DNA of 64,000 nt from Polyangiaceae bacterium (GCA_044376115.1 JBILLK010000021.1:1-64000); one strand, 5' to 3'; shown: positions 28,098-38,548, numbered from the stretch's first letter. Program-made: numbers and translations. Notes: generated from the letters alone by a model not told the origin.

Positions 28098-29093
28098 CTA
28101 CGGCTGCAACGTGAGGCTGGTCTCCTGCATGCACGCCACGCGCATAGGCTGACCGGGCGTGAGCCACTTGCCCGTCGCGTCGCGCAAACGCACGTTTTTA
28201 GGCCCGCAGCGCACCACCAAGCGCTGATTGGTTCGGCCCACGGTCTGGCCTTGCAAGACCACGTCGGCGTCGACCGACGAGACCACCGTCAAAGCGCCCT
28301 GAAACGAAAGCAGCGACCCGGCGGCGGAGCTAACGACCTCGGCCGCAGGCGCAGCCGACGCGCTGGGCACGAGCGCAGGCGCTGCCGAAGGCAGCGCCGA
28401 GGACGCCGCGGAAGGCTGCGCGGAGAGCGCCGAGGAAGGCTCGGGAGGTACTGTGTTCGCCGCGACCGAAGCCGAAGCCGACGGCCTAACCGCTGTGGGG
28501 CTGGGCATCGGGGTGGGTGTGACCGAAGCCGTACTCTGGACGCTGGGTTCTGTTTTGGGCGCGGACGCGGGTCGATTGCGGAAGAGCATGATCACAGCCA
28601 GTGAGGCCCCCACCGCGACGGCCATGATTCCGATCACCAATAGCCAAAGCCGACGCTGACCGCGCGGGGCTTCGCTGACCGGCACGACCAGCGGCCTCGG
28701 ACGAAGCGATGGGCGGAGCGAAGGAGGGGCCACACCGACAGCCTCGACCGGGCGGATGAACCCTGGAGGGTGCACCGAGGGAACAGCTGCAGCAGGCGGG
28801 GACGAAGCGTGCGTTGCCGCAGGCGGCGCATCGGAGCTCGTTGCAGGTGGCGCGCCGGAAGGCGCCTTCATCGGCACGGCTTGCAGCGCAAGCGTCCGCA
28901 CCGGGGGCTTGGCTTCGGCAGGCAGGGCCATCTCAGGCACCGTGCGCGGCCGTTCCCAAAGGTGGTTGTCGATGAAGTCATCCACCTCCAGCTCTTTGGC
29001 GCCCTCGGTGATCGCCTGTCGCGAGGACAGCGGAGTTAGGCGCCGAACGGCGGCTCCCGACTGATTGCGAGGTTTTTGAGGCTCATCGCCCAT
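28098..29093 (-). CDS. Pro/Ala-rich single-TM protein with PEGA-like C-terminal domain
   Basis: TM LWLLVIGIMAVAVGASLAVIMLF; C-terminal GALTVVSSVDADVVLQGQTVGRTN. Confidence 0.7.
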   Translation of the reverse strand: MGDEPQKPRNQSGAAVRRLTPLSSRQAITEGAKELEVDDFIDNHLWERPRTVPEMALPAEAKPPVRTLALQAVPMKAPSGAPPATSSDAPPAATHASSPPAAAVPSVHPPGFIRPVEAVGVAPPSLRPSLRPRPLVVPVSEAPRGQRRLWLLVIGIMAVAVGASLAVIMLFRNRPASAPKTEPSVQSTASVTPTPMPSPTAVRPSASASVAANTVPPEPSSALSAQPSAASSALPSAAPALVPSASAAPAAEVVSSAAGSLLSFQGALTVVSSVDADVVLQGQTVGRTNQRLVVRCGPKNVRLRDATGKWLTPGQPMRVACMQETSLTLQP

Positions 29094-29218
29094 GCTGCAT
29101 GGTTACCACGGCGGCTCCGAGGAGGCATGATTCCGGCTAATTCCGCCGCAAGCACAAACCAACGGCGACGACCTCGAAAGGCCGCCGCCGTCATCACGCT
29201 GGTCCAGCTGCGCCTAGC

Positions 29219-31228
29219 TCATTCGGGAGCGGGCGGCTGGCAGAAGCCGTCCAAGCAGGTCGCGAGCGAATTGCAGCAATCGGCGTCAACCGTACAGGCG
29301 TTACCGTCTTGCGCGCACTCTTGCGGCGTTCCGCAAACGTAGCCGCTGGAGCCTTCATCCTTGATGCAGGTACCGTCGCAACAATCGACGCCGGAGGTGC
29401 ATGCCTCCCCGAGTTGCTTGCACGGCTCCAAGGCGAAGTAGGCGTTCTCGCTCTTGCCGCAATCTTCCTGGCCGCGCAGGTAGAACGGCGGGTTCGACGG
29501 ATCGGCGGCGGACGGCGGATCGGTCACGGCGCCGATCCAAAGTTGCTGACGGTTCGCCCCGACCAAACGGTTGCCGTAATCGCGGCGCGAGATGAACACG
29601 ACCCAGTAGTAACCGCCAGCTCGCAGCGGAGCGAACACCGGGTTGAAGCTGCGGTTGTCGCTGCTCATCGTCGTCAGCTGTTTGACCTGGGAGCCGGTGA
29701 GATCCGAGAGCCAGATGTTGCCGTCACCCGTCGACCGAGAGCCTTGGGTCGGCCGGCCGAAGGCGACCCATTCGGAGCCGGGCGAGAAACTCGGATAGGC
29801 AGGCCGACCTTGTTGGCCGGCTTGCGGAACGATGGTTTGTACGTTGGAGACCGTGAAGCCGTCGGGACCGACGTCGCCCATGGTCAGCTCGCCGGTCGGC
29901 GAGTCAAACGCCCAACCAAAGCCGCCCTGCGTGCCGCAGATGGCGGCGATCTTCGTCCCGTCCGGAGACCACGCCGGCTCGGCGCAGGACCCCGGAATCA
30001 CGTTCGGGTTGAGGATGCCGCCGGTCGCCGAGTCAACGATGCGTAGGCCGTGCGAGCCGCTACCGTCGGTGCTGACCAAGATCTTGCTGCCGTCGTGGTT
30101 GTACGCACTGAAGGTGCCGCCGAGCCCGGTGCCGGCGGTGATCGAACCTTGGCTGGCCGGATCGGTGGTGAGGTCGATCGTTACTTGAGGGAACGGTGAA
30201 CCGCTGTCGAGCGTGGCCATCATGTGCGAGCCGTCTCGGCTCACGGTGTGGCAGCCCCAACAACCGCCCGGTTGATAGAACTCCTCCGGCACTGGCGAGT
30301 TGGGCTTGATGCGCAAGATGCGGCCGTTGCCGTTGCCGCTGCTACAAGCGTCAGGCAGCTCCCAGTAGTAGACGACACCCTTCAGCCGCCCTTGGGCGAT
30401 CTTCCACGTACGCTGCGCCGGCTGATACGCCACTCCGCCCGACCATCGGGTCAGCGAAACGAGCACCGGATCACTCTGGGCGCCGGTGCCCGACTCGCCC
30501 ACCGACTTCCAATCCGCCTCAGCGATCAGATGGCGACTGGGCGGCGGGGCCGCGAGGTACTCGGTATAGGAGAAGTACTTCTCCTCGATCGTCAGCTTGT
30601 AAACGTCACTCCCCGTGCTGCCGTTCCACATGATCTCCGGCGCGAGCACGTCGAGCGGGAATACGGTTTGATCGTACGGGTAGAGCAGGTTGAGCGAAGG
30701 ATCAGCGCCGCCTGTCGGTGCGTCCAAGCTGACCTGCTGCTCCGGCGTCACGACGCCCACGCCAACCGTCTTTTTCACGTAGACCGTGGCGATAGCCTCG
30801 CCGGAGTCTTGGCCGAGCGTGGCTTGTACTTTGCCGACGCCGCCGACCGCTCCCGAGGGCGTAAAGGTGCCAGCGGCGGCATCACCGATCAGCGGCTTCT
30901 CGAACGACCAGGAGGCTTGCGCCGTCACGTCTTGGCCGTTGAGCGTCGCCTTGAGCACCTGCGGGGTGATCACGCCGTTCTCGACCGTGAGCTCGAAGTT
31001 CGCCGGCTCGAGCACCAACCCTTGGGTTTGGATACCGCCACCAACGTTGAAACCAGCTCCGGTACCGGAGGTCGTTGCGGAGCTGGTTGCACCACCGCTC
31101 GCTCCAACTCCCTCGCCTCCGGAGCCGTTGCTTTCAATTCCGGGCGAACAGTTCATCGCCAGCACGCTGGCGCATAACAGCGAAAGAAATAAGAAGACGG
31201 TTCTGCGATCGAATGCAGGTTTCATCAC
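29219..31228 (-). CDS. TolB-like beta-propeller lipoprotein with Cys-rich tail
   Basis: Lipobox AMNC; EPAWSPDGTKI and YPSFSPGSEWVAF repeats; internal CWGCH; C-terminal CC-containing repeats. Confidence 0.82.
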   Translation of the reverse strand: MMKPAFDRRTVFLFLSLLCASVLAMNCSPGIESNGSGGEGVGASGGATSSATTSGTGAGFNVGGGIQTQGLVLEPANFELTVENGVITPQVLKATLNGQDVTAQASWSFEKPLIGDAAAGTFTPSGAVGGVGKVQATLGQDSGEAIATVYVKKTVGVGVVTPEQQVSLDAPTGGADPSLNLLYPYDQTVFPLDVLAPEIMWNGSTGSDVYKLTIEEKYFSYTEYLAAPPPSRHLIAEADWKSVGESGTGAQSDPVLVSLTRWSGGVAYQPAQRTWKIAQGRLKGVVYYWELPDACSSGNGNGRILRIKPNSPVPEEFYQPGGCWGCHTVSRDGSHMMATLDSGSPFPQVTIDLTTDPASQGSITAGTGLGGTFSAYNHDGSKILVSTDGSGSHGLRIVDSATGGILNPNVIPGSCAEPAWSPDGTKIAAICGTQGGFGWAFDSPTGELTMGDVGPDGFTVSNVQTIVPQAGQQGRPAYPSFSPGSEWVAFGRPTQGSRSTGDGNIWLSDLTGSQVKQLTTMSSDNRSFNPVFAPLRAGGYYWVVFISRRDYGNRLVGANRQQLWIGAVTDPPSAADPSNPPFYLRGQEDCGKSENAYFALEPCKQLGEACTSGVDCCDGTCIKDEGSSGYVCGTPQECAQDGNACTVDADCCNSLATCLDGFCQPPAPE

Positions 31229-31287
31229 TTCGAAGCATACGGGCCTCGCCCGCCTTCGAGGCCACGAAAGAGCGACGATTCTGAGAC

Positions 31288-31938
31288 CTACTTGCCCCCC
31301 TTCTTGCGCACCTCAGGCGCCAGGTCACGGTTGGTCCAGTAGAACTCCGACTTCTTCTCGCTGCTGTCGGAGAAGCCGACGGTGAGCATCTCCGCTTCAA
31401 TCGCGACGGTGCCCTCCGGCACGACCTCCTTCTTGACGCAGGAGAAGGTGAGCAGCGCCTTCTCATTCACCTTCATCACACCGCTGAAGATGTTGCCGAA
31501 GCAGGTTTGGAAGGGCAGCGTCTTGTCGGGCGCGGCGGCGTCTTTGACCGGCAATTGCTTGCCGTCCTTGTCGTAGAAGTAGACCGCGATCTTGCCGTAC
31601 AGGATGACGGCCGGAGATTTGTTGGTGACGTTGAAGAACGGGCCCTTCTCGTCGATCTTACCGTTCCACTTCACCTCCATCATGCGCGCCTCGCCCTTGC
31701 CTTCGCAGGGCTTTTCGAGCGTGCCCGGACCTTTTGAGTCCTTGGGGCAGTCGCTGCGGTCGGGCAGCGGGGCAGCGCTCGCGCTTGGCGCGGGTGCAGC
31801 CGCCGAGGTGGTGGCAGAGGGTTTGGGCGCAGGCTTGGCGCTGGCCGAGGCCGAGCCGGCAGGCTTTGCCTCCTCGGAGCAACCCAACAGGCCGAAGGAA
31901 CAAACGAGACCCAGGAGCAAAGCGGAACGGAGGCGCAT
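31288..31938 (-). CDS. Hypothetical lipoprotein
   Basis: Lipobox LLGC, Ala/Ser/Pro linker, globular domain with 4 Cys. Confidence 0.75.
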   Translation of the reverse strand: MRLRSALLLGLVCSFGLLGCSEEAKPAGSASASAKPAPKPSATTSAAAPAPSASAAPLPDRSDCPKDSKGPGTLEKPCEGKGEARMMEVKWNGKIDEKGPFFNVTNKSPAVILYGKIAVYFYDKDGKQLPVKDAAAPDKTLPFQTCFGNIFSGVMKVNEKALLTFSCVKKEVVPEGTVAIEAEMLTVGFSDSSEKKSEFYWTNRDLAPEVRKKGGK

Positions 31939-32118
31939 GGCCGGGAAGCTAGCGGATGCAGGTCGCTGGCTTCAATCAATCTCCCATCGCGGTTGGTGCA
32001 ATTGGCCACGTTCGGCTGGAATGCCTCACCCCCAAATGAGTGCTTTCGTCGCGCTCCGTCGCTCGTCCAGCAAAGAATGCGGCTCGCGCAATGGCTCGAG
32101 TCCTGCAGTAGCGCGGTC

Positions 32119-32448
32119 ATGATCAACGCTACTCAAATCAAACCGAACACTCCCGTCGTCTGCTCGAACAATGGCCAATTCGCTGTCGTCGATCACATGG
32201 CTGGGACGGAGAACATCAAGCTGATGAAAGACGACAAGGGCGTCCATCACTACATCCCGCTCAAGTGGGTCACCAAGGTCGACGACAAGATCCACGTTGA
32301 TCGTCCGGGCGCTCAGGCGATGCGTGATTGGTCCAAGACCGCCCCTGTCGAGGCCGCAAGCACGGCTCCCGGCGGTGCCGCTCCTCCCGCCAAGGTCGTA
32401 GCGCCGCCCGCAGCGAAGAGCGGCGTAACACCGGCCGCTAAGGTCTAA
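32119..32448 (+). CDS. DUF2171 domain protein
   Basis: IKPNTPVVCSNNGQFAVVDHM...IKLMKDDKGVHHYIPLKWV. Confidence 0.82.
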   Translation: MINATQIKPNTPVVCSNNGQFAVVDHMAGTENIKLMKDDKGVHHYIPLKWVTKVDDKIHVDRPGAQAMRDWSKTAPVEAASTAPGGAAPPAKVVAPPAAKSGVTPAAKV

Positions 32449-33350
32449 GCGACGCTTGCAGCAACTGGTCGGTCTGGTGGCAGCCAGACCGCGCCGGTGG
32501 CCTGCTCGGCCCAGCTCCAAAAGCGTGTGCCGAGGTCCGCGTCGCGTGCGTCGCGGCTGGCCAACGCGAGCTCGCGGTTCACCCAGAAGCCCGCCGTCGA
32601 ATGATCGAGCTCGGGCTCGGTCGCGACGTACTCCATGGCCACCACCGCATCGCGAGCGCGGGTGGCGAACGGCAAGTGCGGCATCACGTAGCGCATCAAC
32701 CAGCGGCTCATTCCGTGAACGCTGTGCGCCGCCGTCTCCGGCACGAAGCCCGGACACATCCCGTGAACGGTGAAGCGAGATCGCGGCGTGCGACGCGCAA
32801 GCTCGAAGGCGAACCACAACATGGCCAGCTTCGAGTTTTTGTACGCAACGTCGGGATCGTAGCCGTGCTCGAGGTTGGGATCGTCGAAGTCGAAGTGCAC
32901 CTCCGGACCGCGGGATCCTGGCCGGTGCAGCTGCGAAGAGACGCACACCACGCGCCCTGGACCGCGCGGCGAACCGATGCGCTTGCGGAGTTCGTGCGTG
33001 AGCACGAAGGGCGCGAGCGCGTTCACCGCCAAGGTCTCCTCGATGCCGTCCACCGTCATTCGGCGCGTGGGGCTCTGTTGCAACACCCCTGCGACGTGCA
33101 TCAGCACATCGAAGTGGCGGTGGCTCGGCAGCTCGCGAACGAAGCTGCGAATCGAGGCGTTCGATGCGAGATCGAGCAGCGCCCACTCGACCGAGACCGA
33201 AGCGTGCGCATCGCGGATCTCCCGCACCGCGCGCTCCCCTTCGTCGGCGTTGCGGCTGGTGAGCAGCACCCGATGCCCACTCGCGGCCAAACGTTCCGCC
33301 ACGCCCCGACCGAGCCCGCGTCCGCCGCCCGTGACCAACACCGTCTTCAT
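32445..33350 (-). CDS. SDR family oxidoreductase
   Basis: VLVTGGGRGLG, LDLAS, VNALAPFVLT, YKNSK catalytic motif. Confidence 0.95.
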   Translation of the reverse strand: MKTVLVTGGGRGLGRGVAERLAASGHRVLLTSRNADEGERAVREIRDAHASVSVEWALLDLASNASIRSFVRELPSHRHFDVLMHVAGVLQQSPTRRMTVDGIEETLAVNALAPFVLTHELRKRIGSPRGPGRVVCVSSQLHRPGSRGPEVHFDFDDPNLEHGYDPDVAYKNSKLAMLWFAFELARRTPRSRFTVHGMCPGFVPETAAHSVHGMSRWLMRYVMPHLPFATRARDAVVAMEYVATEPELDHSTAGFWVNRELALASRDARDADLGTRFWSWAEQATGAVWLPPDRPVAASVA

Positions 33351-33482
33351 TCGAACTTCCATGCGCACCATCAGCAAGAAGCGCGCTCAGACTTGAGCTC
33401 TTGACGAGCGAGGCCTGGCGCGGACGATTCGGGTGGTTATTCAGAGCACGTAGCTGAACGGCCTACGAACTGGAGAGAGCCA

Positions 33483-34082
33483 ATGCGCAATGAACCGCTT
33501 TTTGACGACGCCTATTGGCCCGGACTCGCGCCGCAAAGGAGCCACATTCCTTTCGCCGAACAGGCCGAGCCGGTACCGCAACGTAGGCCCTTCCCGCTCG
33601 AGGAGACGCCTGGCCCCACGCCCATCGCCGTGCGCAAGGTAGCGGAGCCGGCTGGGGCCAGTTCGGAGGAGCTGCGAGCCGCGTTGCGTGAGTTCGAGGC
33701 GGCGCGCACGCGCGTCGAGCGCGACGCCAAACGGGCGCAAGAAGACGCGCGAGGCGAGCTCGTACGTGAGCTACTTCCAGTGATGGACAACTTCGAGCGT
33801 TCGCTGCGTTCGGCCGACAAACACGCGGATCCGCTGCTGTTCGAAGGCGTCGATATGATTCGCGCCCAGCTCGGTCGGGTGCTGCGCAAGTTTGGCGCCG
33901 AGCGGATGGAGAGCGTTGGCCAACCCTTCGATCCGGCGCTGCATGAGGCCATCTCCACCACGCCGAGCAGCCCGAACTTCGCCGGGAAGGTCGTGCATCA
34001 GCTCGAGGCGGGCTATCGCTTCGAAGGGAAGGTCCTGCGCGCCGCCAAGGTCGTGGTCGGTGCAGCCCGCCACGATCCGTGA
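33483..34082 (+). CDS. grpE: Nucleotide exchange factor GrpE
   Basis: ELLPVMDNFERSL, GVDMI, GQPFDPALHEAI, GYRFEGKVLRAAKVVV. Confidence 0.92.
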   Translation: MRNEPLFDDAYWPGLAPQRSHIPFAEQAEPVPQRRPFPLEETPGPTPIAVRKVAEPAGASSEELRAALREFEAARTRVERDAKRAQEDARGELVRELLPVMDNFERSLRSADKHADPLLFEGVDMIRAQLGRVLRKFGAERMESVGQPFDPALHEAISTTPSSPNFAGKVVHQLEAGYRFEGKVLRAAKVVVGAARHDP

Positions 34083-34097
34083 CAATGGTTCCGACCC

Positions 34098-35735
34098 TTG
34101 AGCGCGCCTAACACAAGCCAGCCCGTTCCCACGCTGCGCCCGTATCAACGAGCGGCGATCGAAGCGGTGATTGAAGCGCGCAAAGCCGGCCTGCGGCGGA
34201 TGGTGGTGAGCCTGCCCACCGGCGCCGGCAAGACGGTGATTTTTTCGGAGTTGGCGCGCATTGCGAAGCGCCAGGTGCTCGTGCTGGCCCATCGTGAGGA
34301 GCTGCTCGAGCAAGCGCGCAGCAAGCTGGCTAACGCGCTTGGGGAAGGCGCTCAGGTGGACGTGGAGGCGGGCAGCGCCCGCGCCAGCAAGGACGCCAAA
34401 GCGCTGGTCTGCTCCATTCGCTCATTGCACGCCGAACGATTGGAACAAGTGCTCGAGGGGCGGGATTTCGGCTTGGTGATCTACGATGAGTGTCATCACG
34501 CCGCGGCCGAGGACAACCTGCGGGTATTGCGCCGGCTGGGCGTATTCGAGCCGAACTGGTCGGGTACCTTGGTCGGGTTTACGGCGACCACGCTACGCGC
34601 CGACGGAAAAGGCTTGGATTCGGTGTTCGAGCGCATCGTGTACGCGCGCTCGATCTCGGAGCTGATCGACGACGGCTATCTTTGCCCGCTGCGTGGCTTT
34701 CGCATCGCGACGAGCGCGGATTTGACGCGGCTCTCGACGGGCGGTCAGGACTTCGACGAGGAGCAGCTGGCCGAGGCGGTGGACATTGAAGACCGCAACG
34801 CGCTGGTGGCGCGCTCGATTCAGGAGCTGGCGCGCGACCGCCGCACGATCGCCTTCTGCGTCACGGTGAATCACGCGCTCAATCTGAGCCACGCGCTCAA
34901 CGCCATCGGCGTTCCGGCTGGCGTGGTGCACGGGATGATGACGACGGAGGCGCGGCAACAAGCGCTCGCGGATTTTCGCCGCGGACGCACGCGGGTGCTC
35001 ACCAACGTCGCAGTCCTGACCGAGGGCTTCGACGATCCGGAGGTCTCTTGCATCGCGATGGCTCGGCCGACCCGCTCCGACGGCCTTTACACGCAATGTG
35101 TTGGCCGCGGGACGCGCGTGCACGAAAGCAAGAAGGACTGTCTGATCTTGGACTTCGTCGATGTCTCGGCCTTGAGCCTATGCACGCTGCCCTCGCTCTT
35201 CGGTTGTCCGCGGGATCTCGATTTGGCGGGACAAGAAGTGCGTGAGGCCAGTCGGGTGTGGCAAAAGATTTTGATCGACCATCCAGGCTTCGTCGTGGAG
35301 GCCGGCGCCGTCACGTTGAGCGACATTCAAGAGCGCGCAGAGAGCTTTGATCCGCTGACGCTGAAGACCGATTCGGAGGTGCGGGCGATCTCCGGCAACG
35401 CCTGGTTCACGTTGGGTCGCCATGGGCTGGGGTTGCACTATCAAGGCCGCGGCGGTCGCATCGTGGAGGCGCTGGTGCTCGAACGCCAAGTGCGCGGAAA
35501 ACGCTGGGAAGTGACGCTGGACGGCAAGCCGATGGAGCGCTTCTCCGAGGTGGCGCAAGCCGTGGACGCGGTGGATTACGAGATCGGCAAGGCCGGGCGA
35601 GCGAGCGCCGCTTCAGCGTTGGAAGGCGCTGAATGGCGCAAGGAGCGAGCAGGCGAGCACACGCGAGCGGAAGAACTTCGACTCGCTGTGTGGCGTCGCG
35701 TGACCGGCGCCAAGGTGGTTCCGCGCAAAGCCTGA
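34098..35735 (+). CDS. SF2 DEAD/DEAH-box helicase (Irc3/RadD-like)
   Basis: LRPYQ, LPTGAGKT, DECHH, GFTAT, VLTEGFDDP, ARPTRS..LYTQCVGRGTR. Confidence 0.94.
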   Translation: MSAPNTSQPVPTLRPYQRAAIEAVIEARKAGLRRMVVSLPTGAGKTVIFSELARIAKRQVLVLAHREELLEQARSKLANALGEGAQVDVEAGSARASKDAKALVCSIRSLHAERLEQVLEGRDFGLVIYDECHHAAAEDNLRVLRRLGVFEPNWSGTLVGFTATTLRADGKGLDSVFERIVYARSISELIDDGYLCPLRGFRIATSADLTRLSTGGQDFDEEQLAEAVDIEDRNALVARSIQELARDRRTIAFCVTVNHALNLSHALNAIGVPAGVVHGMMTTEARQQALADFRRGRTRVLTNVAVLTEGFDDPEVSCIAMARPTRSDGLYTQCVGRGTRVHESKKDCLILDFVDVSALSLCTLPSLFGCPRDLDLAGQEVREASRVWQKILIDHPGFVVEAGAVTLSDIQERAESFDPLTLKTDSEVRAISGNAWFTLGRHGLGLHYQGRGGRIVEALVLERQVRGKRWEVTLDGKPMERFSEVAQAVDAVDYEIGKAGRASAASALEGAEWRKERAGEHTRAEELRLAVWRRVTGAKVVPRKA

Positions 35736-35763
35736 AGCGGCCTTCTCGGAGCGAACGGCGCGC

Positions 35764-36795
35764 TCAGTCGTGCCCGACGCGTACGACCAACTTGCCGAAG
35801 TTCTCGCCCTTCAACAGGCCGATCAAAGCGGTGGGCGCGTTCTCCAAGCCCTCCACCACGTCTTCGCGATAACGCACGGCGCCGGAGCTGACCCAGGTGT
35901 TCATGTCGCGAAAGAAGGCCCCGTAGCGCTCGTTGTAGTGGTCCCCAACGATGAAGCCCTGCAGCTTGATCCGACGCGTCAAAACCTGGCCCATGAAGCC
36001 GGGCAGACGGTCCGGGCCGGGGGGCGCGAGGTCTTCGTTGTATTGGGAGATGAGGCCGCAAACGGGAACGCGCGCGCCTACGTTGAGCAGCGGCAAAACG
36101 GCTTCGAACACTGCGCCGCCAACGTTCTCGAAGTAGACGTCGATACCGCCTGGGCAGGCTTTGGTCAGCTCGGCGGCGAGGTCGGACTTGTAGTGATCGA
36201 GGCATTCATCGAGCCCTAACTCCTCCATCGCCGAGCGACATTTCTCCGGCCCACCGGCGATGCCCACCACGCGACAACCACGCAGCTTTGCGAGCTGCCC
36301 AACCACTGCGCCCACCGCGCCGGTCGCAGAGGCCACCACCACCGTCTCACCGGCGCGCGGCTGCGCCAGATCGAGCAGCCCAACATAGGCGGTAAAGCCC
36401 GGCATCCCGAATACGCCGAGCGCCCACGATGGATGCGCCAGGCCGCTCAAGTGGCTGACGCCAGCGCCGCTCGAGACCGAGTAGTCCTGCCAGCCGGCCA
36501 TCGAACTCACCCACTCGCCGACGGCGAAGGCCTCGTTGTTCGAGCGTTCCACGCGGCTCACGGTGCCGCCGCCCATCACCTCCCCCACCGCTGTCGCGGG
36601 GGTGTAGGACTCGCCCTCGTTCATGCGGCCGCGCATGTAAGGGTCGAGCGAAAGGAAGACCGTTCGCAGCAGCAGCTGGCCCTCCCCCAGCGTTGGTAGA
36701 CCCGCCTCCTGCAGCCGGAAGTTCGCGGGCGTGGGAGCACCACTGGGGCGCGAGGCGAGCACGACGGCGCGATTGCGATCGGCGCTTTGGGTCAT
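35764..36795 (-). CDS. NADP-dependent oxidoreductase (CurA/YncB, PTGR-like)
   Basis: LSLDPYMRGRM, GMPGFTAY.GL, ATGAVG, GIDVYFENVGG, GENFGKLVV. Confidence 0.95.
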   Translation of the reverse strand: MTQSADRNRAVVLASRPSGAPTPANFRLQEAGLPTLGEGQLLLRTVFLSLDPYMRGRMNEGESYTPATAVGEVMGGGTVSRVERSNNEAFAVGEWVSSMAGWQDYSVSSGAGVSHLSGLAHPSWALGVFGMPGFTAYVGLLDLAQPRAGETVVVASATGAVGAVVGQLAKLRGCRVVGIAGGPEKCRSAMEELGLDECLDHYKSDLAAELTKACPGGIDVYFENVGGAVFEAVLPLLNVGARVPVCGLISQYNEDLAPPGPDRLPGFMGQVLTRRIKLQGFIVGDHYNERYGAFFRDMNTWVSSGAVRYREDVVEGLENAPTALIGLLKGENFGKLVVRVGHD

Positions 36796-36944
36796 CGGGA
36801 AACGGCGGACAGCTTGGACCATGCGTGGAGGTACGCAACGGCCGAGCCAACAGCGTTATTGCGCCGCGTTCGCGCCCACGCGCGCGCAGCCTCGAGCGGG
36901 TTCCATCGTTACGATGGTGCGGCCCATCTCAATGATGTGCGCGC

Positions 36945-37549
36945 TCAATCCCTCCAGTCCACCTGCAGGCGGGCCGAGTTGTGGGTGTGCTCGAGCACGC
37001 GCGTTTGAACCTGCTTTCCACCGGCGAGCTCGATCCCGGCGCGCAGCCCCTCCAAGGTGGAGGCGTGGTCGTACGGAGTGCAGAGGTTGGTTGGGTAACG
37101 CAGGATGGCGGTCGCTTGCTGGCTGCTTTGATGCTCGATGGTGAAGGTCAGTCCCTGATGAAAATGTGCGTAGCGAGAGGCCGCGACACGCACCAAGCGC
37201 TGCGGTGAGATGCCGAGAAAGAGGATGCGATAGAGCGGCCCGGAAAGGACCTTCCTCTGTGATTCGTAAGCCCACTGCAGATACGCCTCACGCGTCTTCA
37301 GCTGCTGATCGAAGAGCACCCGCAAAATGGCGCGTGCAGCGACCTGCGGCATCCACTCGCTTTGCAGCGGTGGCGACTCGACCCATTGACAAAGCGAGCG
37401 TCGTGCATGTCGAGCTTGAAGTCCCGCAAGATCGAGCTGACGAGCCCGCCGCGGACCTTGCAGTCCGGGTAGGCGGCAACGCCGCCAGGCAGCCCGCGCA
37501 AGTACTCCGCGACGGTCGGGAAGCGCTCGGCATCCAAGTCCTCAGACAC
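36945..37549 (-). pseudogene. Frameshifted DUF2378-like myxobacterial protein
   Basis: 5' part VSEDLDAERFPTVAEYLRGLPGGVAAYPDC... continues in another frame as SLCQWVESPPLQSEWMPQV...YAHFHQG; shift near 37390-37400. Confidence 0.65.
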
Positions 37550-37627
37550 GTCGGTAGCTTCGCTCGAATTTGCGCGTTGCGCAAAGACCACCTTGCCGCG
37601 CTCGCATAGTTCGGAGAAGAACGCAGC

Positions 37628-38548
37628 ATGAGCCGTACGACGTTTCAAGGCACTCTCACCGCGATCGTTACCCCCTTCACCAGTGACGGCGCTGAAGTCG
37701 ACTACGTCGCCCTCGACGCGCTGGTGGAAGCGCAGATCGCCGGCGGCGTGTCGGGCCTCGTGCCGTGCGGTACCACCGGGGAAGCTCCGACGCTCAGCGA
37801 CGAAGAGCAAATCGCGGTGATTCGCCGTGTGGTCGAGCGGACGAAGGGGCGTGTGCCGGTCGTCGCCGGCACCGGCAGCTTCTCCACCAAAAAGACGATC
37901 GCTGCTTCACTCGCCGCGAAAGACGCGGGCGTGGACGGCGTGATGGTGGTGATGCCGTACTACAACAAGCCCTCGCAGGACGGCATGCGCGCGCACGTGG
38001 TGGCGGTGGCCGAGAAGGTGGAGCTGCCCATCATCCTGTACAACATCCCCGGCCGTAGCGTGGTGGACCTGGCGGTGGATACGACCGAGAAGATCTGCCA
38101 AGACGCGCCCAACGTAGTGGCGATGAAAGAGGCCACCGGCAACGTGCTCCGTTGCCAAGAGCTGCTGCACCGGCTGGGAGATCGGCTCACGGTGCTCTCC
38201 GGGGATGACGGACTCACCGTGCCGATGATGTCGCTCGGCGCCAAAGGCGTGATCTCGGTCACCTCCAACGTCTTCCCCAAGGCCGTGAGCGCGGTCACCA
38301 GCGCCTGGCTCGAGGGTCGCGTGGAGGACGCGCGTCGAGCACATTTCGCGCTGCTCGATTTTCACGCAGCATTCTTCGTCGAGCCGAACCCGGCGCCGGC
38401 CAAAGCAGCGCTTCACATCTTGGGCAAACGCGGTCAGTCCTTCGCCATGAGCCCGGCGGTGCGCGGCCCGATGCTCGCTGCGTCCCCAGCGCTCACCGCC
38501 AAGTTGGAGGCCATGCTCGAGCGCGCGCCGCTCGGAGTGCGTTCATGA
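37628..38548 (+). CDS. dapA: 4-hydroxy-tetrahydrodipicolinate synthase
   Basis: TAIVTPF, GTTGEAPTL, PYYNKPSQ, LYNIPGR, KEATG, LSGDD. Confidence 0.98.
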   Translation: MSRTTFQGTLTAIVTPFTSDGAEVDYVALDALVEAQIAGGVSGLVPCGTTGEAPTLSDEEQIAVIRRVVERTKGRVPVVAGTGSFSTKKTIAASLAAKDAGVDGVMVVMPYYNKPSQDGMRAHVVAVAEKVELPIILYNIPGRSVVDLAVDTTEKICQDAPNVVAMKEATGNVLRCQELLHRLGDRLTVLSGDDGLTVPMMSLGAKGVISVTSNVFPKAVSAVTSAWLEGRVEDARRAHFALLDFHAAFFVEPNPAPAKAALHILGKRGQSFAMSPAVRGPMLAASPALTAKLEAMLERAPLGVRS

